Assembly (NCBI GenBank): GCA_965240325.2
Contig: OZ251224.1
Coordinates: 2,418,001-2,482,000, forward strand
Source of the DNA: Rebecca billardiae RCC1528
Taxonomy: Eukaryota > Protista > Haptophyta
DNA: 64,000 bases
Direction: 5' to 3'
Shown one piece after another: positions 1 through 10,231 of the stretch; the first letter of the stretch is position 1, and the number at the start of each line of letters is the position of its first letter. The notes beneath the pieces were generated by a model, which was given only the letters and a program-made list of their open reading frames with translations, did no database searches and was not told where the DNA came from. A program made the translations under genes and the position numbers.

Positions 1-3000
1 CGGGCGCGCAGCAGCCGAGCGGCGCGCGCGGCGCGCACGGGTCGGCTGGCGCGAGGCCGGCGGCGGCGTCGGCGGCATCGTCGAGCTCCCACAGCGTGTC
101 GGTCACGTGCGCGGCGCACGCCGCCACGCCCGCCGGCCCGACGCGCGCGCGCGGCGCGCGGCACTCCGCTCCCCACACCAGCTCCACAGCCACGCCGTGC
201 GCACTCGCCGCCCAGCCAATCAGGGCGCTGCCGTTGGCCGCGCCGCCGGCGTTGGCGGCGTCGGCGTCGCGCGGCGCAAAGACGACGGTGGCGAGGCGCA
301 CGAGCCGGCTGGGCGCGGCAGCGCCGCCGTCGGCGTCGTCCGCCAAGATCCCGTCTGCACCGCCGGCGATGATCAGCCGGCCCGGAAACGCATGGTCGGG
401 CGCGCAGAGCGCGTGCAGTGCGCGCGCGGCCGGCTCGCACGAGCGCACGCGCAGCACGTCGGCGCGGTAAGCAATTTCGAGTTGGTACAGCCGGAGCGGC
501 GAGGCGCCGACGTGCGCCCAGAAGCTGAGCTCGGCGGCCTCGCCGCCGTCGAGTAGCCGCACCGGCGGCACGCACGCGAGTGCGCCCTCGCCCTCCTCCT
601 CCGTGCCGAAGCCCACGCCGATGCGGCCGAGCGGCGGCGTCGCGACGACGGCAGCGAGCGTCGCGCGCGCGACGATGGCGGGCGCGCACGTGACGCGCGC
701 GCTCAGCTCGACGGCGGCGGCGTGCGTGTCGAGCAGCTCGACGGTGCCGTCGCCCGCGCTCACGTTCACCGCGCACGGCGCGGACGAGCCGTACGCGAAC
801 GCGCCCGCCAGCGCGCCGTGCGCCGTCGTCGAGACCACGGTCCCGTCGGCGAACGTGGCGGCCAGTTCAAGTCGACCGAGCGTGGCGCGCGGCGCGCCGC
901 ACAGCGCGGCCGGCGAGGCGCGCGCGCGCACCGAGGCGACGCCGAGCGGCGCGACCGCCGAAATCTCGACGTCGAGCTCGCCGAGCGCGCCGTACCACGC
1001 CACGCGCACGCGCGCGCTGCCCGGCGACACGCCGTCCACGACGAGCACGCTCACGCCGCCGCCGGACACACCGAGCGCGCGCGCGGCCGCGACCGCGGGC
1101 ACAGAGCTCATCGTGTCGAGCTCGGCGGCGGGGACGTCGACCCAGGGCGCGGCGGGGTGCGCGCGCGCGCGCACGCGCAGCACGGCGCGCTCGAACGGGC
1201 CGTCCGCGCACGCGAGCCTGCGCAGCACCAGCGTCTCTGCCGGCGTCGGCGACGCCTCATCCACGTCGGCCGCGGCCGCGACGGCGGCGTCGGCCGCGGC
1301 CGCGTCGGCGGCCGCGTCGTATGCCGGCAGAAGCGTCAGGGCGAGCTCGGGCACGGCGGGCGCGATGGGCAGCGTCGCGCGCGCGGAGCGGCCGCTTGGC
1401 GCGTGCGTGGCGACGAGGCTCACGTCGCCCCGCACCGCCGGGTCCGCGCACGCCGCGCCGGCCGCGCCGGACGCCGGCAGCTGCACGCGCGCCGCGGCAG
1501 AGTCGGGCGAGGCGGGCGAACCGTGATGCGCAGGCGGCGCTCGCGTGACGGGCGCGGCGAGTGCGGCGCAGCCGGCGTCAACGCCGTCGCCCTCGAGCGA
1601 GACGGTGACGCCCGCCGCGCTCGAGACGTCGACGACGCTGCCGTCCGCGTACACCAGCTCCACCGCCACCTCGACCGAGTCCGGGAGCCCGAGCGGCGGC
1701 GCCGCGGCCGGCTCGCTCCCGAATGCGAGCGCGGCCGCGCCGCGCAGACGCACCCGTAGCTCGGCCGGGGGCGCGCGCGGCGTGTCCACGCGGGCGAGGG
1801 CGAAGCCCTCCCACGCGGCGGCGGGCCCCGCGCCGCACGGGTCCCAGAGCACGCGCACGAGCTCGCCGCACGCCGGCTCCGCCGTGGACTCGTCCAGCAC
1901 CACGCCCGTGCCGTTGGCCACGACGCTGAGCCCCGCGTGCGCAGAATAGGTGCCGCCGAGCGCCGCGGCGGCGGCCGCGCCCGCGCGCGGCAGCTCGGCG
2001 ACGCTGCCGTCGTCGAAGGTGGCAAAGGCGATGATCGCCGCGGTATCGCCCTCGTGCGCCAGGGTCTGCGTCAGCCGGAGTGTACCGCTCGTGTTCGAGC
2101 CGCCGCCGGGCGCCGCCTCGCTCGCCCAGAGCGCTGCACTCACCGCGTAGCCTTCGACGGCCGTCACGGCGGCCATGCTGTCAGAGACTCGTACCCGAAC
2201 AGAAGCGTTCAGCGCAGCGGAGCCGCCGTTGAGCGGGCGTACGGTGGCGACGCCCGGCGAGACGCCGCGGAGCCAGCCGCTCGCCTCGACGACGACGACG
2301 CCCGCGTCGTCCGAGCCCAGCTCGAACGCGTCCGTCGCGTCGACGACGCCCCACGGCAGGTCGGCGCGCACGCGCACGCGCGCCGGCTGATACTGCTGCG
2401 CGCCGCCGCCCGCGGCGCACACGCGGCCGAGCGTGCCGTCGGCGTCGGAGAGCTCGAGGCGGACGGCGATGGGCACGGCAAGGGCGAAGGTGAGCTCAGT
2501 GCTCACCCGCCCGCCATCCGCGCTGAGCAGCACGCGCGCCACCGGCGCCGCCGCCGCCGCGTCGATCTCGTCGCCGAGCTCGAGATTGCAATCTGAGCCG
2601 ACGCGCACGGAGCGCGCGCTCACGCCGTCGGCCGCTACGCACGTCGCGTCGGCGGCGAGGGAGATGGGCTCATGCGGCGCGTCGCTCAGCGCGAGCGCAC
2701 GCGCGCGCAGTGACATTGCCGCGCGCTCGCCGAAGAGCGGTGCGCCATTCACGAGCGGGCGCGGCGCGGCCCAGCCGCACGCGCCGCCGTCGGCGGCGCT
2801 GGCGCCGGCGCCGGCACCGCTGCTGTCGGCCGCCGCCGCTGTGCTGTTGGCGTCGGCCAGAGGCAGCGGCAGCAGCGCCGCTAGCTGCGCGCGCGCGAGC
2901 TGCACGCCCGCCGCGCGGTCGTCCGCCCACGCGCCCGCGCTCTGCGCGTCCGCCACCGCGGCGCGCGGCGCGTCGCACTCGAGCGCCGCCGCGAGCGCGC

Positions 3001-6000
3001 TGAGCACTTGGCCGCACGAAGCGCCGAGCGCGTCGGCCGCCCAGCCGGCGGCCGCGTCCGGACTCGAGCGAAGCGTGACCTGTGCGAGGACAACCTCGCC
3101 CTCGTCGGCGGCCTCGGCTTCGTCGGCGAGCGCGAGGCTTGGCTCGGTCTGCGCCGCGACGCTCGCGAGCGCGAAGCTGCCGTTGCCCAGCGCGCGCACC
3201 GCGGGCGCGCGCAGCAGGCCCTCGCCCTCGCCCTCCGGCGGGCCTCCGACTCCGAGTAGCTCAAACGCCGCACCGACGAAGATGTGTGCGTGCCACGCGC
3301 CGACGCCGCTCGGCGCGCGCGCGGAGAGGCGTACGACGAAGGGCTCGGACACGCGCACGGGCGCGCGCGGCGCGCGCAGCAGCAGACGCACCCCGCCGCC
3401 CGACGCGCCCGCGTCCACGGCGGCGGGCACAGCCGGCGCGGCCGCGAGCAGCGCACGCGCCTCGGCCGCGGCGCCACTGCCCGCGCGCGCGCTCACGACC
3501 AGCTCGCGCGCGCTCTCGTTGCCGAACCAGCCGCGCGGCACGGTGGCCTCGCACTCGGCGAGGCCGGCGCACGCCCACTCCGCGTGCGCCGCGCACGCCA
3601 GCACGAGCGTCCCCTCCACTGCGCCGGCAGTGCCCGACGCAACCAGCGGCCGCGCCGTCACGTTGAGCGCCACACCGCCGCCGGCCTCGGCCGCCGACCA
3701 CGCCACCGGTTCGCCCGAGCGGTCTCGGAGCTGGAGCGCGAGGGAGAGCGTCGGGCGGTCGATGTGGAGGAGCGGCGTGCGCAGTGCGAGACCGAGCGTC
3801 GACACGTCCCGCCGCTCCGACGCCGCAGCCGCCGCAGCAGAGGTGGCAACCTCCGCCGCGCCCGCCACCGCAATCCCAACTCCGCCATTGCCGAGCGCGA
3901 ACAGCTCGCCGTGGCCGAGCGCGCCGTCGAGCGCGCGGCCGAGCGCCGCCGCGCCGCCGCGCAGCGCGTAGGTGCTCGGCACGCCGGCGTCGGAGAGCGC
4001 CAACCAGCCGCCGCGCTCGGCGCCGAGCGCGCTCTGCTGCGCGACGAGGGCGCGCGCCGCGCCCGCCGTGAGCAGCTCAGGCTGTGCGCACGCGAGCGGC
4101 GGCGGGCTTGGCGGCGCGGGCGGCGGGCTCGGCGGGCTCGGCGGCGGAGCGGACGGTGGCGGGCTCGACGGCGGCGGGCTCGGTGGCGGCGAGGGCGGCG
4201 GGCTCGGCGGTGGCGGGCTCGGCGGCGGGCTCGGCGGGCGCGCCGGCGGTGGGCTCGGCGGCGGGCTCGGCGGCGCACTCGGCGGCGGCGGGCTCGGCGG
4301 CGGGCTCGGCGGTGGCGCAAGCACCTGAATCAAGAGCCCGCTGAGCGCCTCGAAGAAGTCGCCGCCTGTGTCGGCATGTGGCGACACGGTCAGGCCCTTG
4401 AACGAGCGCAGCCCAACGTTGTCCGGGAAGCGGCCGAGCTCCTCGACGCGGTTGAGCCGCTCCACGCCCACCGCCAGCTGGATCGTGTCGCTCACGCGCG
4501 GCCAGCCGCCCGCGGGCGCCGCCACGCGCACCACAAACAGCCCGCCGCCCGCGTGCTCGGCGCGCGCCACCCAGTGGCCGACGGAGGACGCGCCGCCGGC
4601 CCACGTCTCGCCCATCTCGTACGGCGGCGAGCCGAGCTCGGCGTACCCCACGTCGAGCTCGAAGAGCACCACCGCCTCGGCGTCAAGCGTCGCGTCGTCC
4701 GACACGGGCACGCGGTTGTAGTAAGACTCGAGACGGGCCGAGAGCTCGAGCGCCGAGCTGCCGCCGAGCCCGAGCGTCGGCGGGCTCACGGACGCTTCGG
4801 AGAGGTAGTGCAGCCGGTTGAGCAGCGCATCGCCGAGGAACTGTCTGTTCGCCGCGTCGAGCGTCGCGGTCCACCAGTCCGCGCCCTCGGGCGTGCGCAG
4901 CGCCGGGTCCGTCTGCAACTGGTCCCACTCGCACACCGCCGAGCGGTCGACAAACCAGTCGGACGCCTGCGGATCGTTGGCATCGAGGAGCGTAAGGTAG
5001 ATCTGGAGGCGGGCGAAGACGACGAGGTCGCGCGCGGACGCGATGCCGTCACCGTCGAGGTCGCCGCGCACAAGCAGGTCGCAGCACTCGCCGGCCGCGC
5101 ACTCCTGCGCACGCCGGCCGCGCGCCGCCGCCGCCGTGCGCTCAGCCGCTGCGCCGCGCGCCGCGCGCCACGCCGGCCCGGCGACGGCGGCTCTCCTGCG
5201 CGCGCGCGGCCGGAGGCCAAGACGCTGCCGCAGCGAGCGCCGCCGCCGGCCGCCACCCACGACCGCGCACGTCTCGCCCGCGACGGCGGCGGTGGCCTGC
5301 ACCGACGCACCCGACGCTGTGAGCAGGTCGTCGATCGTCGCGCCGATCCTTGCCGCCGTCTCCGCGCCCACGCCGCCGTTCACCGTGAGCACCACCGTCA
5401 CGAGCGTGCCGCCAGCGAACGTAGACGTCAGGCTGGCTGCGATCACGTACACGCGGTCGGACTGGCCCTGGCAGTCGACACCCATCAGCGGCGAGACGCC
5501 GACGCACGTGTCGGCGCGGCGGTACGAGAGGACCGACGGGTCGAACTCGACGAACAGGCCGAACGCGCGCAGCGCCGAGCCGCCCGTGTTCACGCGCACC
5601 TCCACGTGCAGCTCGGCGCCCGCTGCGGCCGAGCCGGGGGTGAATGGCAGCGTGCCGGCGGCGTGTGCGCCCAGGTCGACGTCCAGGGCGGCGGGGTTGA
5701 GGTTGGTGCCGAGCAGCGCGGTGGCGCGCGGAGGCGCGGAGGCGGCACCGGCCTCGGGCACGCACGAGAGCGCCGCGCCCAGCTCGAAGCGCTCGCACGC
5801 GTTCTCGAGCACCGTGAGCGCGCCCGTGCCCGCGTCGACCGCCAGCGCGGCCGCGTCGGTCGAGTCGTAAGCCAGCATGCCTGCGAGCCAGCCGTCGGCC
5901 GCGGCGAAGGAGGCGACGTCCGGCAGCTGTGAGCCATCGGAGAGGGTGGCGGTGCCGAGCAGCCGACCCGAGGACGCGCCGCTCACGCCGCTCACCACGC

Positions 6001-9000
6001 CGCCCGGCGCCGTCGAGCCCAGGCTGAGCGACGACACCGTGATCTCCTCGTCGACCAATCGGATGGTGGCAGCCGCCTCCCACCCTGCCCACGCCGCGGT
6101 GGCGAGCACCGACTCGGCAGGCGCCCGGCCCTCGAAGACGCCCGCGTCCGAGCCGAGCGGCACGAGCGCGGACGTGCCCGGCGCGGACCAGCTCATCGCG
6201 CTCGCAGGCAGCAGCCCGGAGCGCCCGTCGCTCAGCTCGTACGCCGCGCGCGCGCGCAGCCGCTGCCAGGCGCCGCCGGCGCACGGGATGCGGCGCAGCT
6301 CGGCGGTGGGCGCGCACCCAACCGTGTCGAGCGCGCTTGATGGGTACGGCGCGCCAGCGCACACGCTGAGCGCGCGCAGCCGCACGATGGGCACGACCAG
6401 CGTCGCCGGCGCGAGGCCGAGCGCGGGCATGCCCACCGTCACGTTCAGCTCGGCGCACGGCGCGCCAGCGCGCACGCGCACGAGCCACGCCGAGGGCAAG
6501 CCGCTACCGCCGCCATCGTCACGCGAGAGCTCGGCGCACGCCGCGCTCGCGCCGCCGAGGGTGGCGTTGAGCCGCGCGTCGGCAGAGAGGTCGCGGGTCT
6601 CCTCCTCACCTGGCGCGTCCTCGCGCGCGAACGTCACGCGCGCGACCACCTCGAACTCTGTCGGCAGCGACACGGGCGACGCGGCGGCGGCATCGTCCGG
6701 AGGCGCGACGCCCGCCGCCGCGCCGCCGCTCGCGCCGAGCGCGAGATCAGTCGCAACGGGCAGGTCGAGCTTGATGAGCGCCTCGGCGGTGGCGAGCGGC
6801 GCGGCGCAGCCCGCGGGCGTCCACTCCGCGCGGACGAGCGGCGCGCACGCGCCGACCGCGCCCACCGCCACGGTGAGCGTCCATGCATCATCGCCCGCAA
6901 TCTCGAGATCGAGATCCGGCGTGAGCGCCGTGAGCGTGAGCTCGTACGCGGGCACGGCGATGGCGCGGCTCGCGTTCGCGGCGGCGCCGTCGTACTCAGC
7001 CCAGCCGAGCACGCGCGCGGTCTCGCCCTCGAAGCGCAGCGTCTGCTCCAGCGTCGCCACCGCGCGTATCTCCTCGTCCCCCGCGCTCGTCAGCGCCAGC
7101 GAGACGCCCGACACTGCGACGAGCGCGAGCGTCACAGGCGAGCTCGAGGCGCTCACCTGCACGGGCGCGGACGCGACGATGGCGGCGTCGGCGCCGTCGA
7201 GGTGGACGAGGGCGTCGCCGGGGGCGAGGCCGCGCACGTGCACGAAGCCGGCGCTCGTCGTCTCCACCGCCGCGACGGCGCCGTCGCTCACGCCCAGCAG
7301 CCCCGCCACGCGCCGCGTCACGTCGAGCTGGCTCGTCGTCGGCAGCCCGGCGCCGCCAAACCGCGCGAGCACGCGCGCGCGCGTGCGTTGGAAGTGCGCG
7401 GTGCACGAGGGTGCGGCCTCGAGCAGCGCGTCGTCGAGGTGCACCGCGGCGGACTGCACGGTCCACACCTGCAGCGGCACGACGGCCACCTCGCCGCCGT
7501 CCGCGTCGCGCGTCACGCGCACCTCGACGCGCGCGGCGCCGCTCCGCTGCGCCGCGCCCGCGCGAACGCTCGCGCACGAGTCGACGACGATGATGTCGGA
7601 CGCCGCCGCCGTGTTGGCGGGCGCGCAGGAGTAGCCGTTCGGTGAGAGCGAGGCGAGGCTCGTCGCCGCGCGCGCGCGCGCTGCGGTGAGCGCCAGCCCC
7701 GCGCTCGCCGCACTCTGCGCGCCGCTCAGCGCGCCGTCGTTCAAGAGCACAGCCGAGTTGGCGCTCGCAAAGACGCCGACAAGCGAATTGTCTTCGACCG
7801 TGAGTGAGGCCGTCGTCTGGTCCAGCGAGAAGTCGGCGCTGTCGGTGACGCTCATCGGCGCAGCGCTGAGGTACGCGAACGCGGGGAACGTGGTCATGCG
7901 CACCACCTCGCCGCTCAGCGCGCTCGCGTACATGCCCGCGCTCGCGCCCGCGCGCACGCGCAGCCGTAGCGTCAGCACGGGAAGCGCGTCAGACGTGACC
8001 TGGGCGGCGCGCACGCCCCCGGCCACGTCGCCGACACTCACGCGGACCCTCTCGGAGGACGACTCGAGCTCGTTGATGTCGGCGACGTACAGCCCGTCCA
8101 CCAGCACGTCCGAGTTCGTGTCGCCCGCTGCCAGCTCGAGCACCGTCGCGTCGAATGTCACGGTCACCTCCCACGCGCGCAGGGGCCTGCCGCCCGTGTG
8201 CGCAATGATGCTGACGGTGAACACGTCGCCGGCGAAGATGGGCGCGGAGGCGAAGGCGGCGCGCATGCCTGCCGCGCTCATCGCCGGCTCGTGCACCGGC
8301 GTGCGCGCCACGCCGAGCGCGCCGCCAAGCACCGTCGACGCCACCTCCTCCGAGTCGTATGCGACGCGCACGTCAGCGCTCGCGCTCCGCGCCGCTGCCG
8401 TCGAGAACCAGCCTGCCGGGAAGCTTCCGGAGCATTCGCCGATCCCCGTGGTGGCGCTCGGCGTGGCACACGAAAGCGCGCGCGTCGCGCTAGGCAGGTC
8501 GTCGCGCGAGAGCGTCACGCTCACGCGCAGCCCCGAGCGGAGCACCGCCGTCCGCCCTGCCGCGTCGCGCAGCTGGAAGGCCAGCCGGACGGCCGGACGA
8601 GTCGCGTAGCCAACCGTCGTGCGCACGAGCGCTCGGATCTCGGCCGCGCGCGCCTGCGGCGCGGTGCGCGAGCTGGACGAGAAGGTGATGGCAGCAAGCG
8701 ACGCGTCCACCGTGACGGTCAAGCCGGGCGCGAGTGTGAACAAGCCGCCGAATGCGCGCGACTGCTCTGCGCCGCCACTCCCGGCCTCGCTGCCGTCCAG
8801 TGCGAGCGCCCGCTCGGAGCTGAGCCGCGCGCGCGCGCCCGCAACTAGCTGAGTCGGGTCAAGGCAAAAGGCTGGTGGCGGCGGCGGCGGAGCCGAGGGC
8901 GGCGAGGGCGGCGGCGAGGGTGGCGGGGGCGGCGAGGGCGGGGGCGAGGGCGGTGGAGGAGGCGGCGAGGATGGCGGCGGCGGCGATGGTGGTGGCGACG

Positions 9001-10231
9001 GAGGTGGCGATGGCGGCGGCGCCGGCGGCGACACGGGCGGTGGCGAGGGTGGCGGCGAGGGCGGCTGGCTTGGCGGCGGCGAGGGCGGCGGGCTGGGCGG
9101 CGGGCTGGGCGGCGGGCTGGGCGGCGGGCTGGGCGGCGGGCTGGGCGGTGGGCTCGGCGGTGGGCTCGGCGGCGGGCTCGGCGGCGGGCTCGGCGGCGGC
9201 TGGTAGCACGACGCGATCGGCTCCGGGAACCTGTGCGTGCACGCGTCGCTGTCCTTGCCCGTGTCAACCGCCGTGCCCATTGAGAAGCCAGTGAGCGGCT
9301 GCGTTGCGTTCACTGTGCGCATGGTGTACACGTGCAGCTGCTCGTACACGAGCTCAAACGTGCCCGCCACGCGGAAGCCATCGCCCACGCCACCCCCATT
9401 CCGCAGCACGAGCTGCACCGCAAAGCTCGAGCCGCACCCCGACGTGGGATCGTCGCAGCAAGTGTCTGCCAGATCCTCTGAGAAAAGGCAGCGATGGTCA
9501 GCGACGCGGTCCCATACGAAGAGCGCGTGCCCCGCGTCCACGCGCGCGTGCACCTCGTTGTTAAAGTCGTGCAGCAACGGGATGAACTCCCAAAAGGCAT
9601 CGCCCACGAGCGCAAAGTGCCACATCGGCGCGATCAGCTTTCGCGTGCGGAATTCGTCCAGGTCTGGATATCGCGCGTGCAGCACTCTGGACGTGTCGGC
9701 GGAGTGGAGGAGCTGGACGAACCCCGCGGAGGAGACCTGGACGTGCGAGTAGTTGGCGCCACCGTACGGGAAGGGTGTCTCTAGCGCCACGATCGCCGAC
9801 GGCGCGCCCTCGTCGCCGCCGAGGTCCGACATGGTGATCGGGCTGAGGCCGGCATGTGCGCACGGGTCCCCACTCGTGCCGTCCGCGTCGAGCGAGAGGC
9901 CGCCGAAGCGGACGTCGCTGCACTCGGAGGGAGAGACGAGGTCGTACATGCACACGTCGTAGTCCTCCGTGCCGCGTGGTGTGAAGCGGCGCACGGTGCG
10001 CGTGAGGCCCGCATCCGCGGGGACGAGCCGCGACGACGCATCGGGCGGCGGCAGGCAGGACTCGCCCACCGGGCAGTACTCGTCGATGTCGGCGTAGGTG
10101 AGGCCCACGCACTCGCCGGGGTGCCCCGTTGACGCCACCTCGCGCGGGGCGCAGCACAGCGCGAGGAGCACCCCGGTGCCGATGATGTGTCGCATCTTTT
10201 CGGGGCGCGAGCGCGTTTGAAGTGCGTCCAT
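1..10231 (-). CDS. Giant secreted/surface protein (partial, >3,400 aa): signal peptide, NIDO-like domain, two Ser-Pro3 tracts, two TMEM132-like supermodules (cohesin-like plus Ig-like), dockerin-like motif
   Basis: Manual translation: ATG 10231 (second ATG 10195, MRHIIGTGVLLALCC). The same frame was checked at 8227, 5065 and 490, and the ORF track lists no stop-terminated ORF in this frame, so it appears open to the window edge. Motifs: LETPFPYGGANYSHVQVSSAGFV (NIDO-like); GDVFTVSIIAHTGGRPLRAWEVTVTFDATVLEL and GAELHVEVRVNTGGSALRAFGLFVEFDPSVLSY (cohesin-like); FQRTRARVLARFGG..LDVTRRV..VSDGAVAAV..VRGLAPG (TMEM132-type Ig); RGDLDGDGIASARDLVVFARL (dockerin-like). Confidence 0.88.
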   Translation of the reverse strand, partial: MDALQTRSRPEKMRHIIGTGVLLALCCAPREVASTGHPGECVGLTYADIDEYCPVGESCLPPPDASSRLVPADAGLTRTVRRFTPRGTEDYDVCMYDLVSPSECSDVRFGGLSLDADGTSGDPCAHAGLSPITMSDLGGDEGAPSAIVALETPFPYGGANYSHVQVSSAGFVQLLHSADTSRVLHARYPDLDEFRTRKLIAPMWHFALVGDAFWEFIPLLHDFNNEVHARVDAGHALFVWDRVADHRCLFSEDLADTCCDDPTSGCGSSFAVQLVLRNGGGVGDGFRVAGTFELVYEQLHVYTMRTVNATQPLTGFSMGTAVDTGKDSDACTHRFPEPIASCYQPPPSPPPSPPPSPPPSPPPSPPPSPPPSPPPSPPPSPPPSPPPSQPPSPPPSPPPVSPPAPPPSPPPSPPPSPPPPSSPPPPPPSPPPSPPPPPSPPPSPPSAPPPPPPAFCLDPTQLVAGARARLSSERALALDGSEAGSGGAEQSRAFGGLFTLAPGLTVTVDASLAAITFSSSSRTAPQARAAEIRALVRTTVGYATRPAVRLAFQLRDAAGRTAVLRSGLRVSVTLSRDDLPSATRALSCATPSATTGIGECSGSFPAGWFSTAAARSASADVRVAYDSEEVASTVLGGALGVARTPVHEPAMSAAGMRAAFASAPIFAGDVFTVSIIAHTGGRPLRAWEVTVTFDATVLELAAGDTNSDVLVDGLYVADINELESSSERVRVSVGDVAGGVRAAQVTSDALPVLTLRLRVRAGASAGMYASALSGEVVRMTTFPAFAYLSAAPMSVTDSADFSLDQTTASLTVEDNSLVGVFASANSAVLLNDGALSGAQSAASAGLALTAARARAATSLASLSPNGYSCAPANTAAASDIIVVDSCASVRAGAAQRSGAARVEVRVTRDADGGEVAVVPLQVWTVQSAAVHLDDALLEAAPSCTAHFQRTRARVLARFGGAGLPTTSQLDVTRRVAGLLGVSDGAVAAVETTSAGFVHVRGLAPGDALVHLDGADAAIVASAPVQVSASSSPVTLALVAVSGVSLALTSAGDEEIRAVATLEQTLRFEGETARVLGWAEYDGAAANASRAIAVPAYELTLTALTPDLDLEIAGDDAWTLTVAVGAVGACAPLVRAEWTPAGCAAPLATAEALIKLDLPVATDLALGASGGAAAGVAPPDDAAAASPVSLPTEFEVVARVTFAREDAPGEEETRDLSADARLNATLGGASAACAELSRDDGGGSGLPSAWLVRVRAGAPCAELNVTVGMPALGLAPATLVVPIVRLRALSVCAGAPYPSSALDTVGCAPTAELRRIPCAGGAWQRLRARAAYELSDGRSGLLPASAMSWSAPGTSALVPLGSDAGVFEGRAPAESVLATAAWAGWEAAATIRLVDEEITVSSLSLGSTAPGGVVSGVSGASSGRLLGTATLSDGSQLPDVASFAAADGWLAGMLAYDSTDAAALAVDAGTGALTVLENACERFELGAALSCVPEAGAASAPPRATALLGTNLNPAALDVDLGAHAAGTLPFTPGSAAAGAELHVEVRVNTGGSALRAFGLFVEFDPSVLSYRRADTCVGVSPLMGVDCQGQSDRVYVIAASLTSTFAGGTLVTVVLTVNGGVGAETAARIGATIDDLLTASGASVQATAAVAGETCAVVGGGRRRRSLRQRLGLRPRARRRAAVAGPAWRAARGAAAERTAAAARGRRAQECAAGECCDLLVRGDLDGDGIASARDLVVFARLQIYLTLLDANDPQASDWFVDRSAVCEWDQLQTDPALRTPEGADWWTATLDAANRQFLGDALLNRLHYLSEASVSPPTLGLGGSSALELSARLESYYNRVPVSDDATLDAEAVVLFELDVGYAELGSPPYEMGETWAGGASSVGHWVARAEHAGGGLFVVRVAAPAGGWPRVSDTIQLAVGVERLNRVEELGRFPDNVGLRSFKGLTVSPHADTGGDFFEALSGLLIQVLAPPPSPPPSPPPPSAPPSPPPSPPPARPPSPPPSPPPPSPPPSPPPSPPPSSPPPSAPPPSPPSPPPAPPSPPPLACAQPELLTAGAARALVAQQSALGAERGGWLALSDAGVPSTYALRGGAAALGRALDGALGHGELFALGNGGVGIAVAGAAEVATSAAAAAASERRDVSTLGLALRTPLLHIDRPTLSLALQLRDRSGEPVAWSAAEAGGGVALNVTARPLVASGTAGAVEGTLVLACAAHAEWACAGLAECEATVPRGWFGNESARELVVSARAGSGAAAEARALLAAAPAVPAAVDAGASGGGVRLLLRAPRAPVRVSEPFVVRLSARAPSGVGAWHAHIFVGAAFELLGVGGPPEGEGEGLLRAPAVRALGNGSFALASVAAQTEPSLALADEAEAADEGEVVLAQVTLRSSPDAAAGWAADALGASCGQVLSALAAALECDAPRAAVADAQSAGAWADDRAAGVQLARAQLAALLPLPLADANSTAAAADSSGAGAGASAADGGACGWAAPRPLVNGAPLFGERAAMSLRARALALSDAPHEPISLAADATCVAADGVSARSVRVGSDCNLELGDEIDAAAAAPVARVLLSADGGRVSTELTFALAVPIAVRLELSDADGTLGRVCAAGGGAQQYQPARVRVRADLPWGVVDATDAFELGSDDAGVVVVEASGWLRGVSPGVATVRPLNGGSAALNASVRVRVSDSMAAVTAVEGYAVSAALWASEAAPGGGSNTSGTLRLTQTLAHEGDTAAIIAFATFDDGSVAELPRAGAAAAAALGGTYSAHAGLSVVANGTGVVLDESTAEPACGELVRVLWDPCGAGPAAAWEGFALARVDTPRAPPAELRVRLRGAAALAFGSEPAAAPPLGLPDSVEVAVELVYADGSVVDVSSAAGVTVSLEGDGVDAGCAALAAPVTRAPPAHHGSPASPDSAAARVQLPASGAAGAACADPAVRGDVSLVATHAPSGRSARATLPIAPAVPELALTLLPAYDAAADAAAADAAVAAAADVDEASPTPAETLVLRRLACADGPFERAVLRVRARAHPAAPWVDVPAAELDTMSSVPAVAAARALGVSGGGVSVLVVDGVSPGSARVRVAWYGALGELDVEISAVAPLGVASVRARASPAALCGAPRATLGRLELAATFADGTVVSTTAHGALAGAFAYGSSAPCAVNVSAGDGTVELLDTHAAAVELSARVTCAPAIVARATLAAVVATPPLGRIGVGFGTEEEGEGALACVPPVRLLDGGEAAELSFWAHVGASPLRLYQLEIAYRADVLRVRSCEPAARALHALCAPDHAFPGRLIIAGGADGILADDADGGAAAPSRLVRLATVVFAPRDADAANAGGAANGSALIGWAASAHGVAVELVWGAECRAPRARVGPAGVAACAAHVTDTLWELDDAADAAAGLAPADPCAPRAPLGCCAP
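4098..4318 (-). repeat. Coding Ser-Pro3 (extensin-like) tract 2
   Basis: Tandem ggcggcgggctc units encoding SPPP. Confidence 0.9.
8870..9203 (-). repeat. Coding Ser-Pro3 (extensin-like) tract 1
   Basis: Tandem 12-bp units ggcggcgggct[cg] encoding SPPP in the giant ORF frame. Confidence 0.9.

Noticed and set aside
96-9752. Long plus-strand ORFs (e.g. 882, 585, 512 aa)
   Set aside because: Ala/Arg/Ser-rich antisense shadows of the giant minus-strand CDS in very high-GC DNA.
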